A DNA stretch of 63,901 nt, the filler included. It is 5 parts of 5 records of this genome, joined end to end, with 100 filler letters (N's around TTAATTAATTAA, not from the genome) between each part and the next. Parts side by side here need not be neighbours in the genome. Positions count along the whole stretch, not along the records: positions 39,495 to 51,002 come from SRR2962707_1114; positions 51,103 to 63,901 come from SRR2962707_1133; 3 more parts are not named here. One strand, 5' to 3'. Under the pieces are notes generated by a model. It made no database searches. It was given only the letters and a program-made list of their open reading frames with translations, and was not told the DNA's origin. A program made the translations under genes and the position numbers. Shown piece by piece: positions 39,615-51,620 of this stretch. Position 1 is the stretch's first letter; every line of letters starts with the position of its first letter.

Positions 39615-41129
39615 ATGAGCAGCGAGTTCGGGGAGCTTCCCCCTATCCCGCCTGAGTTGAAGAAGTTGCGGGCCTTCTTCGTGCTGGCAAGGCGCGTGTC
39701 GAAGGGTGGGAAGCCAGAGGGGAAGATATGTAGCTGGCTGCTTCGTCAACATGCTGTAGTCACTGGTGCGCGCATGCCCGTGGCTCAGGGCGGGGAAAGC
39801 CGCGCTTTTATCATGGCAGCGTTGGACCAGCTTGAGCGTGAGAAGCCCACGCTTCCGCCGCACACAGGCGAAGAAGAGCTGGAGATCTTGCAGGTGTACG
39901 CCTTCAAGAACTTCAAGCTTGCAGAGGCACCGGATCTGCAAGGCAATGCCAACAAAGCGACGGCTATAATCTACCTGAATGCCGCCAAGATGTTTGACTG
40001 CCTGGTTGCCACAGCTGGGAAAGATTCCCAGCATATTCCTGTGGATCAATTCATCATGCTGAAGAATGCGTGCATGACACGATCAGTTGAGATTGTACGG
40101 GCACTGAAAGAGGGCCGCCGACCAGCGCCTCCCGAGTACGCCAATACCTCCGCAGGTGCTGCAGGCGCACTGGCCGGAGGTGGAGGCAGCTCGGCCTCTG
40201 CTGGAGCGCCCGCCACAACCAATGACTACGAGCCTCAGTTTGGCGGAGGTGGCGGGGCTAGTGGCAATGGCGGTGTGCGCATGCCAGCACCGTACCCCGC
40301 ACCGGCACCTACACCTGCACCAGTATTCTCGCCTGCTCCAGCGCCGTCGTTTGGGTCCACCGGGGGCTATGTTCCGACATTTGGAGGGCCTCCTGTTGCT
40401 CCACCGCCTGTCCCTGCTCCAGCCCCTCAAGTTGATGATGATGACGATTTTTTCGCCAGCATGATTCCAGCGGCACCAACGGGCATGCCTGGCTCCAGCA
40501 AACCGACGTTTTCTGCCGCACCGTCCCCGGCACCTGCCGCAAAGCCCACATTTGGTGCAGCTCCTGGGCCGGCCAATGGGCCGCCACCGCAGCACCAGAA
40601 TCCGCACCCAAGCACTGATCCATTGGCGCCGGTCATGGCGTCAGTGACAAAGGCTAAGGCTTCCGATGCCGCTCGCAACTACGGTGACGCACTTGAAGAG
40701 TACAAGGCGGCTCTCCAGCAAATTTTGTTTGCACACAAAAATGAACCAGGCCTGAGTGCCGATAGCAAAGCAAACTTGATGCAGGAAGCAAGACGTGGCA
40801 TGACGCGCGCGGAGCAGATCAAAGTTGAACTAACAACTCTACCGCCAGCCTTGCCGACGTCCACTCTTGACCCCTTGCTGAGCGTCCAGCTCCCAGACTC
40901 TAGCACAGTACGGCTGGTTTCTGGTGCACTGAACCAAGATCTCAAGGGAAACCTCGGAAATGCCCTCGAGGTATACAAAAGCGCTTTGCAATCGCTGATG
41001 GGTGCGATGAAGGCGACAGCACACGATCCGCGAACAAAGGGTATTGTGGTGTCGCAGTTAAAGCTGTACATGAGCAGGGCAGAGCAGCTCAAAGCTTGGC
41101 TGCGTGAACGAGGTCGTAAAACGGACTGA
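39615..41129 (+). CDS. Vta1/LIP5-like ESCRT protein with two C-terminal MIT domains (eukaryotic)
   Basis: N-terminus LPPIPPELKKL..FIMAALDQLEREK..YAFKNFKLAE..ALKEGRRP parallels the Vta1 N-domain; Pro/Gly-rich linker; two repeats of the MIT pattern A..D...NY..AL..YK.AL...(Y/G)M.RAEQ(I/L)K; no intron needed. Confidence 0.78.
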   Translation: MSSEFGELPPIPPELKKLRAFFVLARRVSKGGKPEGKICSWLLRQHAVVTGARMPVAQGGESRAFIMAALDQLEREKPTLPPHTGEEELEILQVYAFKNFKLAEAPDLQGNANKATAIIYLNAAKMFDCLVATAGKDSQHIPVDQFIMLKNACMTRSVEIVRALKEGRRPAPPEYANTSAGAAGALAGGGGSSASAGAPATTNDYEPQFGGGGGASGNGGVRMPAPYPAPAPTPAPVFSPAPAPSFGSTGGYVPTFGGPPVAPPPVPAPAPQVDDDDDFFASMIPAAPTGMPGSSKPTFSAAPSPAPAAKPTFGAAPGPANGPPPQHQNPHPSTDPLAPVMASVTKAKASDAARNYGDALEEYKAALQQILFAHKNEPGLSADSKANLMQEARRGMTRAEQIKVELTTLPPALPTSTLDPLLSVQLPDSSTVRLVSGALNQDLKGNLGNALEVYKSALQSLMGAMKATAHDPRTKGIVVSQLKLYMSRAEQLKAWLRERGRKTD

Positions 41130-41345
41130 CAGGCTGTTAATTTAATCGTTATTCTGCGCATTCAACCTTTTGGACCTGTTGTGTCGTGTGCACAGACAGC
41201 ACTTGCGAAGGCTGCTTCTCAAGTTACAAGTTATGAACTTGTCAAAATGGCCTGAGCTGTATTAGGACAACTATGAACTACAGTTGGCGATTGACAAGTG
41301 CATTCACCTTCTTGGTGTCTGGTGGGCACCGAATGGCTGTCGGCG

Positions 41346-44300
41346 CTACCTCGTTTGCCCACTCCGATGCGGAGGTGTGATGCTATCAGCAGGCTCTGTG
41401 CTATCGGAATCAACGGTTGTGAAGCCACTGCTCCCAGACTCGTCAGCGTCATCCATCGGTCTGTGCATGGGCGAGCTGCTGCATCTGCTGCTGATCGATT
41501 GAGAGCTGGCATTCGCAGCACTGCTCATCTCAACACTATCTGCATCCATTTGGCGTTCAAAATTCGATGCTTGCCGATCCGAGGACTCTATGGCCCTGCC
41601 CCTTCCAGCAGAGACTTCAGCGCTCACCTCACGAACCTGGTTGTCGCTCGCCTCAATCAGCGCTGCCGCTTCGGCCTCGCAAATTCCAGTTTTCAAAATA
41701 GCCTCCATGTCCTCTAAAAGGTCATCTATGCTTGGCTCGGTGTCGTGCGGATCATTGTCGTTCAAAGTGGCGATAGGCCCATGGAACGGTTTCGTTTTCT
41801 CCTGCACTTTGGCTTTGCTTGGCGCACAGCGGTCCTGACGAAGCACAGGTGTTCCATTTGCAGCTCGCAAATCATGCACGCGAGCCTCAATCTCAGCAGG
41901 CGGTAAGCCAAATAAGCGAGCGCAATGCACCACTTGCTGCGACACGTCTTCGGGACGAGATCCATCCTGGCTACAAGCAAGATATCTGCAGCGTGCCAAC
42001 AATTCTGCATCGTCAACAGATTGGGTGTGTTGGTCTCCCATGGTTGAACTTTTTGCTTGACTGCGTGAATCGTGCAGCTTGCCACTTGCAGCAGCATTAC
42101 TCTCTTTGTCACGTAATTCCTTGCAAGTTGCACTGTCATCGTGAATCGGCTCTCGGGTATACTCTTCAGGATCATATTTTTCGTGCTTGGCATCTCGAGC
42201 CACAACGCCAACAACCCTTTCCAGACCTGAAGCAATGTGCTGTCCAAGCGGTGTGTGAAACCCGAGTCTTGACGACATGCCTGCAGGTTTGCTGAGCCAA
42301 GCCCGAAACCGTTCTGATGTGGACGCCGAGGTCGTGGTCGCTGCAGATTGAGGTTGATGGTTATCGGGCATTTCTGAATTGGCTGGAGCCGTTTTCGTAC
42401 TACTCGTACGCTCATTTCCTACATAATCAGGGGGAGCCCACAGCAAACTGGTGTTAGATCGTATAAAACATCCAAAACAATATCTCAACGCGCAGCACAC
42501 AAACCTAGATTCAATGGCATGAACGGAACGCAGTGGCCATATTGGTCGGAAATCAAACGACGCGGAAGGTCTAAGTGCACCCATTCGTCATTCGGACTCA
42601 CAAGAGAGCCCTCTGGCCAAACAGCGTCGTACCTGTCGACCCCGGCAGTGCATGGTGAAATAGCAGGCGGTTTTCCAAGGTTTTGCAAACTATGTCCAAC
42701 AACGCACCGAATATAATGTGGGAGCGTAGCAGCAGCCTTTGCTGAGATTGAATTTCTGGCTTGAGTGTCAGCGTCGTCGTGCCCACGCCCTTGGGCCAAA
42801 ATGCTTAATTTCCGGCTAACTTTTCGGACAGTAGCCTTATACGCGTGCATGCTCCCGGACGCAGATTGCAGCTGAAATATAAAAGAGAGACCCGGCTCTA
42901 CTGTTCCCTTGGTTTCATACTGACGTTCCTTGTCCCCCGAAGATTCGCCGTCAAATATTGAGTTTTGCAGTCCGCTGCGGCTATCGTGTATGACAGGACT
43001 CAGTCCGAGAAAACGACGCAAAGCAGACAAAAGTGCAAGACCGTAGCAAATCCGACGCTGACACCGGTGGGTCGAATCATCGTTGTCAGGAGGATGGCCA
43101 TTGTGTAGACTTGTCATGACTGAAATAGAGGCATCTGTTCCCAAGGCCTGCTCGTGTATTTCTTGACGCAAGAGTGTTGCAAGTTCACTCAAATGCGCGG
43201 CAGTGTTGAGCAAAACTGCTGAAGCTGAAATTAGCAAAGGAACTGGAGCAACAAGTAAAAGAGGCTGAACATCTTCAGCTGCGCTGCCAGCAGCGTATTC
43301 TCGAGCACCATCGTAATTGTGCGCCGTGCAATCTTTGGAAGGAGTAGAACAATCACCACCCTTGGACACGTTGTGCTTGTCGACACTCTGTTTTTTACTG
43401 AAGTCGCTGGTCGCAACAGACAGCTGATGATGTGAAATCACCGATGCGCCTAAAATCCAATTGAACATCGGGATATCGAAGAGTCCCAGGCGGCGTAACA
43501 GCGTGATGGACAAAAATTTGTCCGGGGCACGTCCGCTTGTCTTTCCCACGTACCTTGGAAGGTGCGGCAATGGATCTTGAACCATGCGCATGATTTCTTG
43601 GACCCTGAGCAAACGAATTGTTCAACACACACGCATTTAAACTACTATATTCAGCAAAATGGGTTGCGCCTCGTGAAGCTACAACACATTCGAACCCAAT
43701 CGTTGCTAGAAAATATGCAGAGCCGGACAACGTACTCGAATGCGCTGGATGCGGCGTCGTCCTCGGTCAATATGGAAAAATTTCTTTCGCACAACCTTTG
43801 CAAGATTACGACGATTCGTCGAGCAGCAAAGTCCACGAGCTGATGTCGCAAAATAACAACCTTCTCGTGCACATGGAATACTCTTTTTGAAAAAGCAACA
43901 TCAGGCGATGCCTCGTGTATCGTTGCCGCACGCGTTTGATCCGAAAGTCGAGGTACACTTTGCAGCAGGATGTCTTCAGCTTGACTCATGTGCTGCAGAA
44001 TGTTGGTCCATCTCCTTGCTGGCGCTGGGAGAGCTGCTTGATCAATAACAGCATCATCTTCGCCCTCCTGCGTGTCCCAATCAGGTGCGGATATCCGAAT
44101 GTCTTGCAAGAGCGAGTGCAGTGATTTAAAAGCACGGAGATCGTCACATCGCCCCAACGCATGCGGAAGGACCACTTCACGCTCCACATCGGACCACGTG
44201 AGACGGGCACATTCGACCAGACCACGGATAAATCGAACATCAGCTTCAACCTCCATTCCTGTCCCCCAGATTCGCGCACCGCGCAGTTCGTAGAGCCGGT

Positions 44301-47300
44301 GGCTCAAAAGTGCTGACAAAAACCGCATCGCGTGTCTGCAATGGCCATCGTTGCTGCTCTTACTTGCGCCCAGGAGCGCAATTTGAGCTCCACTGCGCGC
44401 AATGCACCCGGCTTGTAGGGGCGAACTACATCTTGGAAACCCAATGAATATTGGTGCACGCGAGGGAACTATATGTTCAGTAAAGAGTTCGTTGGCACGA
44501 AGCCAAACATCCGCGAAAGGCAGCTTCTTTGCAAAATTGTCCACGTGCGGCGATGATGTTGCAGGGTCAACATTTGCACCAAAATTTAAAGAGCCAACCA
44601 TGAGCGCCGTCCGGAGAAGTTGCGCATGGCGCTGAATGCAGATGAGAAACGCATCTGTGCACATGTGGCTGGGTGGAGCTTTAGACGACAACTGTCCCCC
44701 GATCACCGATGAAAGTGCCCCGCTTTGCATACAAATAAAATCAAATGTTTTCACCCATGCGATGATCCCATCGTCTGCAAATTCTTCTCCCGCAACTTGA
44801 GCTATGTGAGCACAGCGTCTATCAGACAGCCGAACGTTCAAAGGCCAGCCAGTCTCACGAACGGCACGTTCGAGGATACGCAATGTCCTCGCGCATTCGT
44901 TAATCAGCGGCAAGTAGGTGATCAAGATGTCGTGGTACGGACGCCCAGAGGTCGCGACAGACATTTCAGCACGGTATGCATTGTGAAAGGGAAACCCATT
45001 CAAGCATGCCACCAGCAGCGGCCGCAGCTGCACTTCCCACATGCAATACGCGCATATCACTTGCATCGACAGTTCAACACTCGAAATACTGCTGGCGTCC
45101 AAAGAAGGGTTGGCTGTAGGTCGAGCGTCTCCAAACGATTGAAACAAGCTTAGGTGTGAGTTGAATTGCGCAATACCAATCTGCACCCGCGATAGCGCTT
45201 GAATGTCAAATGGCAAGCATTCGCGACGGCAAGGGCTCCACAAATTGCGGCGGTTGGATTCGTCAATCGCTGCTTTCACTCGGTGAAAAAGGAAATTTAG
45301 GCGGTGAGCATTAAGACTGACTGACCACATGTCCAGTTGCAGAAAATTCTGATCGTTGTGCCCAGAACTGGCGCCGGGTGTAGCGTCAGCCCTGCATTCG
45401 ACCTGAGACGCGGCCAGCCACACCATTCGTTTGCACAAGGCCAGTCGGCGAATGTTGACCTGCGCTGATGTCCCTGTCTGAGTTGAAGGGTCTAGTGTCC
45501 CAGCGCTGGATGGGGTCGAAGCCTGCGACGACGAAACGGTCGTCGACTCAGACACAGCAGAATCAGGTGGCACCAAAGAGCTTGGCAACGTCAACGGCAG
45601 CACTCGCACTAGTTCTGGGAGCACGTCAGTCCAAAAGTCACAATCATTGCATGTGCGGTTGTGGGTTTTCGTTTTGTCACTTGCGGCAAAATATCTCGTC
45701 ACGTCGTCTCGGCATGCACTGGCACGTGCGCTGCTGTCAGAATCGTCGACGTCGGCAAGTTGGAGAGCGCCAAGAGCGGCCGTAAAAGTTCCAAGCACGT
45801 CCAATTGTGCACCAATGGATCTACCGTCATCACAACTACGAATTCTCCCATGCTGAACCCCAATGGGTTTGACTGGCAGACGCACTATGGGAATTCGATC
45901 AATTTGCACATCGCGGGTGGCAAGAGCAAGAATGTTAACTACCCGAATTTGGTGTGTTGTGTGGTGCCAGCGGTCTGCCTCGTAAACAAGCCAACTACGG
46001 GTACCGGCGGCTTTGGGCGCTTCGCAACTTGCAGGTTCTTCCCTGCCATGCACGCTTTTTGACTGCCGCGGCATTGTATCGGCACCAGCCCACAAACGTA
46101 AATCCGCTGACAACGCAGCGGCGAGTGCCATTGCTCGATTAAGCGCACACAGTTCGCTTGGCACTGCTTCTGAAATGAACTTTGGGGCAGTGCCCCACAA
46201 AGCCGTCAAAAACGATTGACGAAAGTGCAAAGCAAACGATGCAGACCAATTGTCCACCTGTTGATGATTCTCGGTTCCACAACTTTGCGGCAGCGCAGCA
46301 CAACCATGGTTCAAATTTTCTGGAGCATTCGGGGCGACAACGTCGCCATTTCGCGAGCCCACAGCGGTATGCTTTGCACTCAGGTTAATATTGGAGGCCA
46401 CGGCGCCATGCTCGCCAAGCAAAAGTTCCCGGAGGAAGCATAGCGTGGCATGAATGATGGGCTTCGGAGGTTCATCATCGTATTGAAGACTAGCTTCGCT
46501 ATCATCGCGTTGATGGTCGTTAAAAACCCATGGCTTGTTGGAGTTTTGCATCAAATCCCAAACAAACTTGCTTGCAACACCAGCTGCTTGACGGGGACGA
46601 AGCGCTGTCCGGAACCCCTGCAAAAACTGTTTCAGGCCATTGCGTGCAGCTGCTGCTAAACGCTCTCTGTGCCCAATTTGGACGCGCGGCGGGCAGAACG
46701 CGTCAAGTGGATTCCCACTGGAGCGTACGTGGGTGATGTGCAGGCAGAGCAAAAACGCAGGGGACAAAATGCGCGAGGCTTCCTCGAAAAGCATGCCCAT
46801 TGTCCAACAGGCCATAGGTCCATCCAGCACCCGACAACGTGTTAACGCAGAATCCGTTGCCAGCTGCTTGACTTGGCAAAGTAAGCGAGTCGCAAGTGCG
46901 CAGTACCTGCAAATTCAAAACGCAGATGGACAGTTTGTTGTCGTAAAGCAATCCGACATTCTCAGTTCCAAATTGCACATTGCATCAAGTGTACGTACTG
47001 AGCCTCCACTGTTCCTGTTGGAAAATCAGCCAAATGCCGACGACGCTGCTGCCATTCGGGCGACATATGTCGCCATTGTTGTTCGGTGGGAGGAACCCAT
47101 CGAGTGATACTGGATAAGACAGGCTTCCATAGCCGCCATTCAACTTGCACAGCCGATGGTTTTCCCACTCTTTGTGCTACACTTGCTTGCCTAGCCTCCG
47201 CTCTCAAAAAGCAGTGAAAACAAATGCCGAAACAAACTTCGTTCCCATGGCTGTCAATATTTGCGGCATTTTCGACGGTCACAACGGAGGACTTGCAGTC

Positions 47301-50300
47301 AACACACGTATTGGCCAAAGAGAGCAGAATACCTGCCAAAAAATGACCTGAGCACAGAGCGTCGGCTGTTGCCACGAAAGCACAGTCGCCATCTAACTGC
47401 CACGAGCTTCTTAACTGCAAGGGCACTGGTGCTAGTTTCACAACGCTTGATATGGTCGAGTAGAAGTTCATTGCATCAATCCAAAACATATCCACGGCTT
47501 CGCCCACATCGCCACGAGCATTGCTGAGTTGGGGCAATGAGGACGAGGTCAAAACACAGCGAGTTCCCACCACTCGCTTCAGCAAACGTCGCATGAGCCG
47601 AAAGAACAAGCGACCATCTACCAACGCAGGAGCACGACCTGGCAGCTCGTCGTTGTGACTGAAGCTAGCACTTTGCAACGCCAAATCGCGATAGAGTGCA
47701 CGCACCAACCGCTCGGTGGCGTTGGCCACAGGTGCGCCTAGGTGGGCTCTTATGTCGGGGCGGTTTGAAAGAATCATATCCAACACATCTACGCGCGAAA
47801 TAAAAATCACACAGACACCAAATTTGTAAATCATAGAGCTGCAAAGATCGCTGTTAATAGTGCCGTTTGAACTTGAGAAGGCGGCGCTGCTCCTTACCTG
47901 ACTTTTCCATATCCCGCTCTAAGTTCGACACACCCACACCACGAAGCAGAGTCTTGAGCACAGCCTAGAAATTCAAATATGGCTCACTTACTGATACAGC
48001 CGTTGCAAGTTCGGCACGCTGAAGCAGGCAAATATTGGTAATGTTGCAAAACTCACGACGCTCATCGCGGCAGAATTTGAGATCGAACCAGACCGTGCGG
48101 TACCCAGAGCGTTTGTGCGCACGAGCTCAAAGATTGCTCGATCACAAGGAGTGGTGGAAGCTTCAATAATGTGCATCAAGTGATCCACTGGCGCCTTTAA
48201 ATCTGTGTCTGCCGTTGACGCACCAGAATCTCCTGGCACTTGCTTAATGAGAACCTGCGGCAGAGACCCCTTCATGACACAGTCCGCAATCATGAAAACA
48301 CTTTGTGCTGGTCCAAAGAAAGCGGTGATGGTCTCTTCACAATTTTGCCATTCAAAAAAGTGCCTGTGGCCGCAAGCGGCGCCGCCTGCCGGCAATGCAG
48401 TGCCATTCACCCCATCGTTCATTGCACGTCCCTCGGATCGTTCCACCAAAAGTTGCAGCTGCTGCTTCCAATTTCCCCGCATTTCGTCCACATGGGCGAA
48501 GATGCAACTTGACATGTAGTCTCGAAAGGCTTGGTTGGACGTTGGTGATGAACGGCGCTGATCACTCAGGGGCTCCATTCCCTGCAACACGCGTAAGATT
48601 GATTAAAACACCAGCTAGAACACAACAACACAGAAAGCACGAGAAGTTTGCTTGCAGCACACCTCGCAATTTGGGGACGATGATGGTGAAGGTGTTCGTG
48701 GTTTTTGAGTACCCTTCCTTACGAGACTTTGTTGCCAACGACGTCGCTGATCGACGAGCCAACAGTCAAACAAGAGGCCCATCGTTCGTAATTCAAATTG
48801 GCGACTTGGTTGAAAGGAAGTGCGCGTCTGTCTGCCGGTTTCACCCCGTACTTCATCCTCCTGGTCATCAATGCTGGTCTCCATTGTTGCTGACTGTTCG
48901 GTGTGGGCTTTCTCTTGCCTGTGAGTTCTTAAAACTACAAGGCAAGAACGTTCAGCAGGCAACCATGGCACTGTAGGGCGTAGAAAAAAAGAACGCAGCT
49001 CGATCCCTGCCGTGTTAAGTGCAATGGCGCAGACTTGCGTAGCAAGGACCATGTCCCATACTTGGACGGTGGACCTTTGAGGAGCATAAATGATCAAAAA
49101 GGTTCCCCGTCTGCGCATGGATTCACTTTTGGAGTCTGAAACACTATGGTCGTGAAAGGCGACAAAGTTTGTCCACTCACATGTCGCATCCCGATAACCT
49201 TTGAAATACTTCACTACCTGACCCTGTGGCAGCAGGTAAACTCGAATACGACCGTTGCTGTCTGAGACAGCAGCCATTGCTGCAGGAGATGCTGCCAGCG
49301 GCTCGGTGGAAGGGCACAGACGGGGTTTTGCACCTCGCCAATTGTGTACCCAGCACCATGAAACAGAGCGCACTGCACAGTTTCCCGGAGCATCGTCATA
49401 GAATGTTGCACGGGCGAGGTCTTCATTGAAGTACGCCGATCCGCCCGCTTTTTGCACGGGAGGCGCAAGTGAGGGTGCTAAACGGGTGATTGTTGCTTTA
49501 AATATGGGAGAGCCATTCGTCGATCCACTTTTATTTTCGGGCCACATACGCTCCGCTGCAAGGTGCAAGAGCAAGTCTGATGCCGTGATGTAGCCTGGCA
49601 AACGGCTCACTATCAGTTGACAGCGTACTCGCATCATAAAAACGCCTCGTGTAGTCACGTACGTGTCGACCATAAAACAACGGGAAGAACTGCGTGCGCT
49701 AGCAATGGCTGCAATCTTTGGCATTTCTGTATCATCTCCACAACACGGGCCGCAATGTTTTCGTTGCCAAACCGCATCACTTACTTCCTGCAGCAGGGAA
49801 GCAGCAGGCGCCTTTGAAAAAGTAGCGAGCGATGGCACTGACTCCGTTAAATACGAGGCAGGAACAACAGTGGCAACAATTTGAGTGCCCAGAACGGATT
49901 TTCGAGGATCATGTGATTCCTCAGCAGTACACAGTGGTCGAGTACTCCAGCTGCAGTGAAACAGTGACAGTGGAGCGGAGAGAGCTGTGGTATCGTCAAC
50001 CGCATTGCCAACAGTTGACACTTGTCGGAAGCGACGTGCGTATGCTGTGCCACTGCCACTGGCATCTTCTCCTCCAACACCATTGTCACCTGGGAAGTCG
50101 AAATGATTGTCGCGATGAGTGTGACACCGATTGGCGGCTGCCCACAAGTGCCCTTGAATCCAATACTCGGTCACCACCCACTGCGGAAAGGCAAACACCA
50201 CTCCGTCCTCGAAAACAACTGCAACATCGGGCATATAGCCACTTCCAACCTTGGCGCCTTTTTCATTCGCATGACCACTGCCCATCACATCAGCATTCGT

Positions 50301-51002
50301 GTCAAGATGTTCAAAAGGCGCGTCGAACATCGACCACGGTGCAGCTTCATCGGCGATCTCTTGATTGGGTGTTGAAGCCGCGCTAACAACCTGGACAGTC
50401 GTGAAGTGCAATACCGGCTCGATTTCGCCGCGGAAGTAAAAGTCCAACACTGTGTGCGGCATAAAGTTTGTCGACAACACGGCAGAAGAAGCGGACCGTA
50501 TGACGTCCAAAAATGTGGGCCAAGTACATTGCGATTGCTGCAGCATAAACTTGGCGGCAAGTCCTCCTTCGCCGACAAACTCAAGCCCGCTAGCTGCAAC
50601 ACTTGCCCGCGCGCCTCCTGCAGCCGGCAACTCGCTGTCCTCATCCCTCCCCAAAGGTGCAAACACCATCACACGCCCAGAGCGAAACCCGCACAGTAAA
50701 AAGGCGTTCGCGACGCCACAGAACGCCAGCGCCGTGATCACATCTCCACGAAAGTCAGGCTCGCACTTCCAACACACAAAGTCGCTTGCTCCTGCGTCAC
50801 AGTCGTCCTCACTACCGTCAGCAACAGCAGCAACAGGCTCGTCGCGCTCGTCCTCACCATCCGCAGCATCCGCACCGTTCCACTCTGACGCTCCAGCCTT
50901 TGAATTGTCTCCTTCCCTACCGTTGGCCTCGAAGGAGGCAAAATCTGTAGCACTTGCTCCTCTCCCTCCACTGCCTCCTGCTCCTCCTCCTCCTCCTCCT
51001 CC
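41346..51002 (-). CDS. RAB3GAP2-like (Rab3 GAP non-catalytic subunit) giant multi-exon gene, 5' truncated
   Basis: LLCGFRSGRVMVF, AAVSDSNGRIRVY..VVKYFKGYRDATCEW and FLIIYAPQRSTVQVW match RAB3GAP2 N-domain motifs. Exons 51002-48663, 48581-48057, 47964-47898, 47788-46999, 46906-43736, 43604-42505, 42418-41346 join in frame: 9066 nt = 3022 codons including the stop. Confidence 0.72.
42419..42504 (-). other. spliceosomal intron (86 nt, phase 1)
   Basis: CTAG|GTTTGT...CTGATTATGTAG|GA. Confidence 0.65.
43605..43735 (-). other. spliceosomal intron (131 nt, phase 2)
   Basis: GA|GTACGT...TTTGCTCAG|G. Confidence 0.65.
46907..46998 (-). other. spliceosomal intron (92 nt, phase 2)
   Basis: CA|GTACGT...TTTTGAATTTGCAG|G. 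Confidence 0.7.
47789..47897 (-). other. spliceosomal intron (109 nt, phase 1)
   Basis: TCAG|GTAAGG...TTTATTTCGCGCGTAG|AT. Confidence 0.7.
47965..48056 (-). other. spliceosomal intron (92 nt, phase 0)
   Basis: GTC|GTGAGT...AATTTCTAG|GCT. Confidence 0.7.
48582..48662 (-). other. spliceosomal intron (81 nt, phase 0)
   Basis: GAG|GTGTGC...GTGTTGCAG|GGA; joins NCE to GMEP. Confidence 0.7.
50981..51002. repeat. (CCT)n microsatellite (poly-Gly on the minus strand) at contig end
   Basis: CTCCTCCTCCTCCTCCTCCTCC running into the spacer; in frame with the RAB3GAP2-like ORF. Confidence 0.8.
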
Positions 51003-51102
51003 NNNNNNNNNNNNNNNNNNNNNNNNNNNNNNNNNNNNNNNNNNNNTTAATTAATTAANNNNNNNNNNNNNNNNNNNNNNNNNNNNNNNNNNNNNNNNNN
51101 NN
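51003..51102. other. artificial contig spacer
   Basis: 44 N + TTAATTAATTAA + 44 N. Confidence 0.99.
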
Positions 51103-51396
51103 GTCCTTGATACGCAGCATCTCGGGGCCGTAGGCATCGTAACGGCCAGATTCTTTCCACAAATCGGCGGACTGCATCGTCGGCATCAGCATTGGGATAT
51201 GTCCCGCGCGCTGCTGTTCTTCGTGCACAATCTTTTCAATGTTGCGCAGCACCTTGTAGCCCAGCGGTAGCCAAGAATAGATTCCGGCTGCGGCCTGTTT
51301 GATCATACCGGCGCGCAGCATGTAGCGGTGGCTCACGATCTGCGCCTCGGCAGGCGTCTCGCGCAGCACGGGCATGAAATATCGGCTCAGGCGCAT
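51103..51396 (-). CDS. proS: proline--tRNA ligase (3' truncated)
   Basis: [63 protein letters not shown]; typical alphaproteobacterial N-terminus. Confidence 0.95.
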
Positions 51397-51620
51397 TAGG
51401 TCTTCCTCTGGGCGAAAATAGGGTCGTCAAGGGTTGTGAGCCAAGGCGCGCGCCTTGGCAAGGGGGCCATAGCGGCACATCTGGCATCACACGGCGTGAG
51501 TAGACGCCAAATACGACCGGAAGGATGGGCCAGATGCCATCCACTGCCCCGCCCCCTTGAATCCTCGGACACAAACGGCGATGTAGGACGGAAGCCCAAA
51601 GCCCCGAGAGGACCCAAGCG

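Noticed and set aside
40150-40620. Pro/Ala/Gly-rich stretch as a tandem repeat array or CRISPR
   Set aside because: Low-complexity coding linker with no fixed repeat-spacer periodicity.
47965-47991. 27-nt micro-intron using the GTAAGT donor at 47991
   Set aside because: A phase-2 donor is incompatible with the phase-0 acceptor; the GTGAGT donor at 48056 keeps the frame.
9267-51396. Two proS genes as a duplication within one genome
   Set aside because: They lie on different contigs with different sequence style; nothing shows they share a genome.
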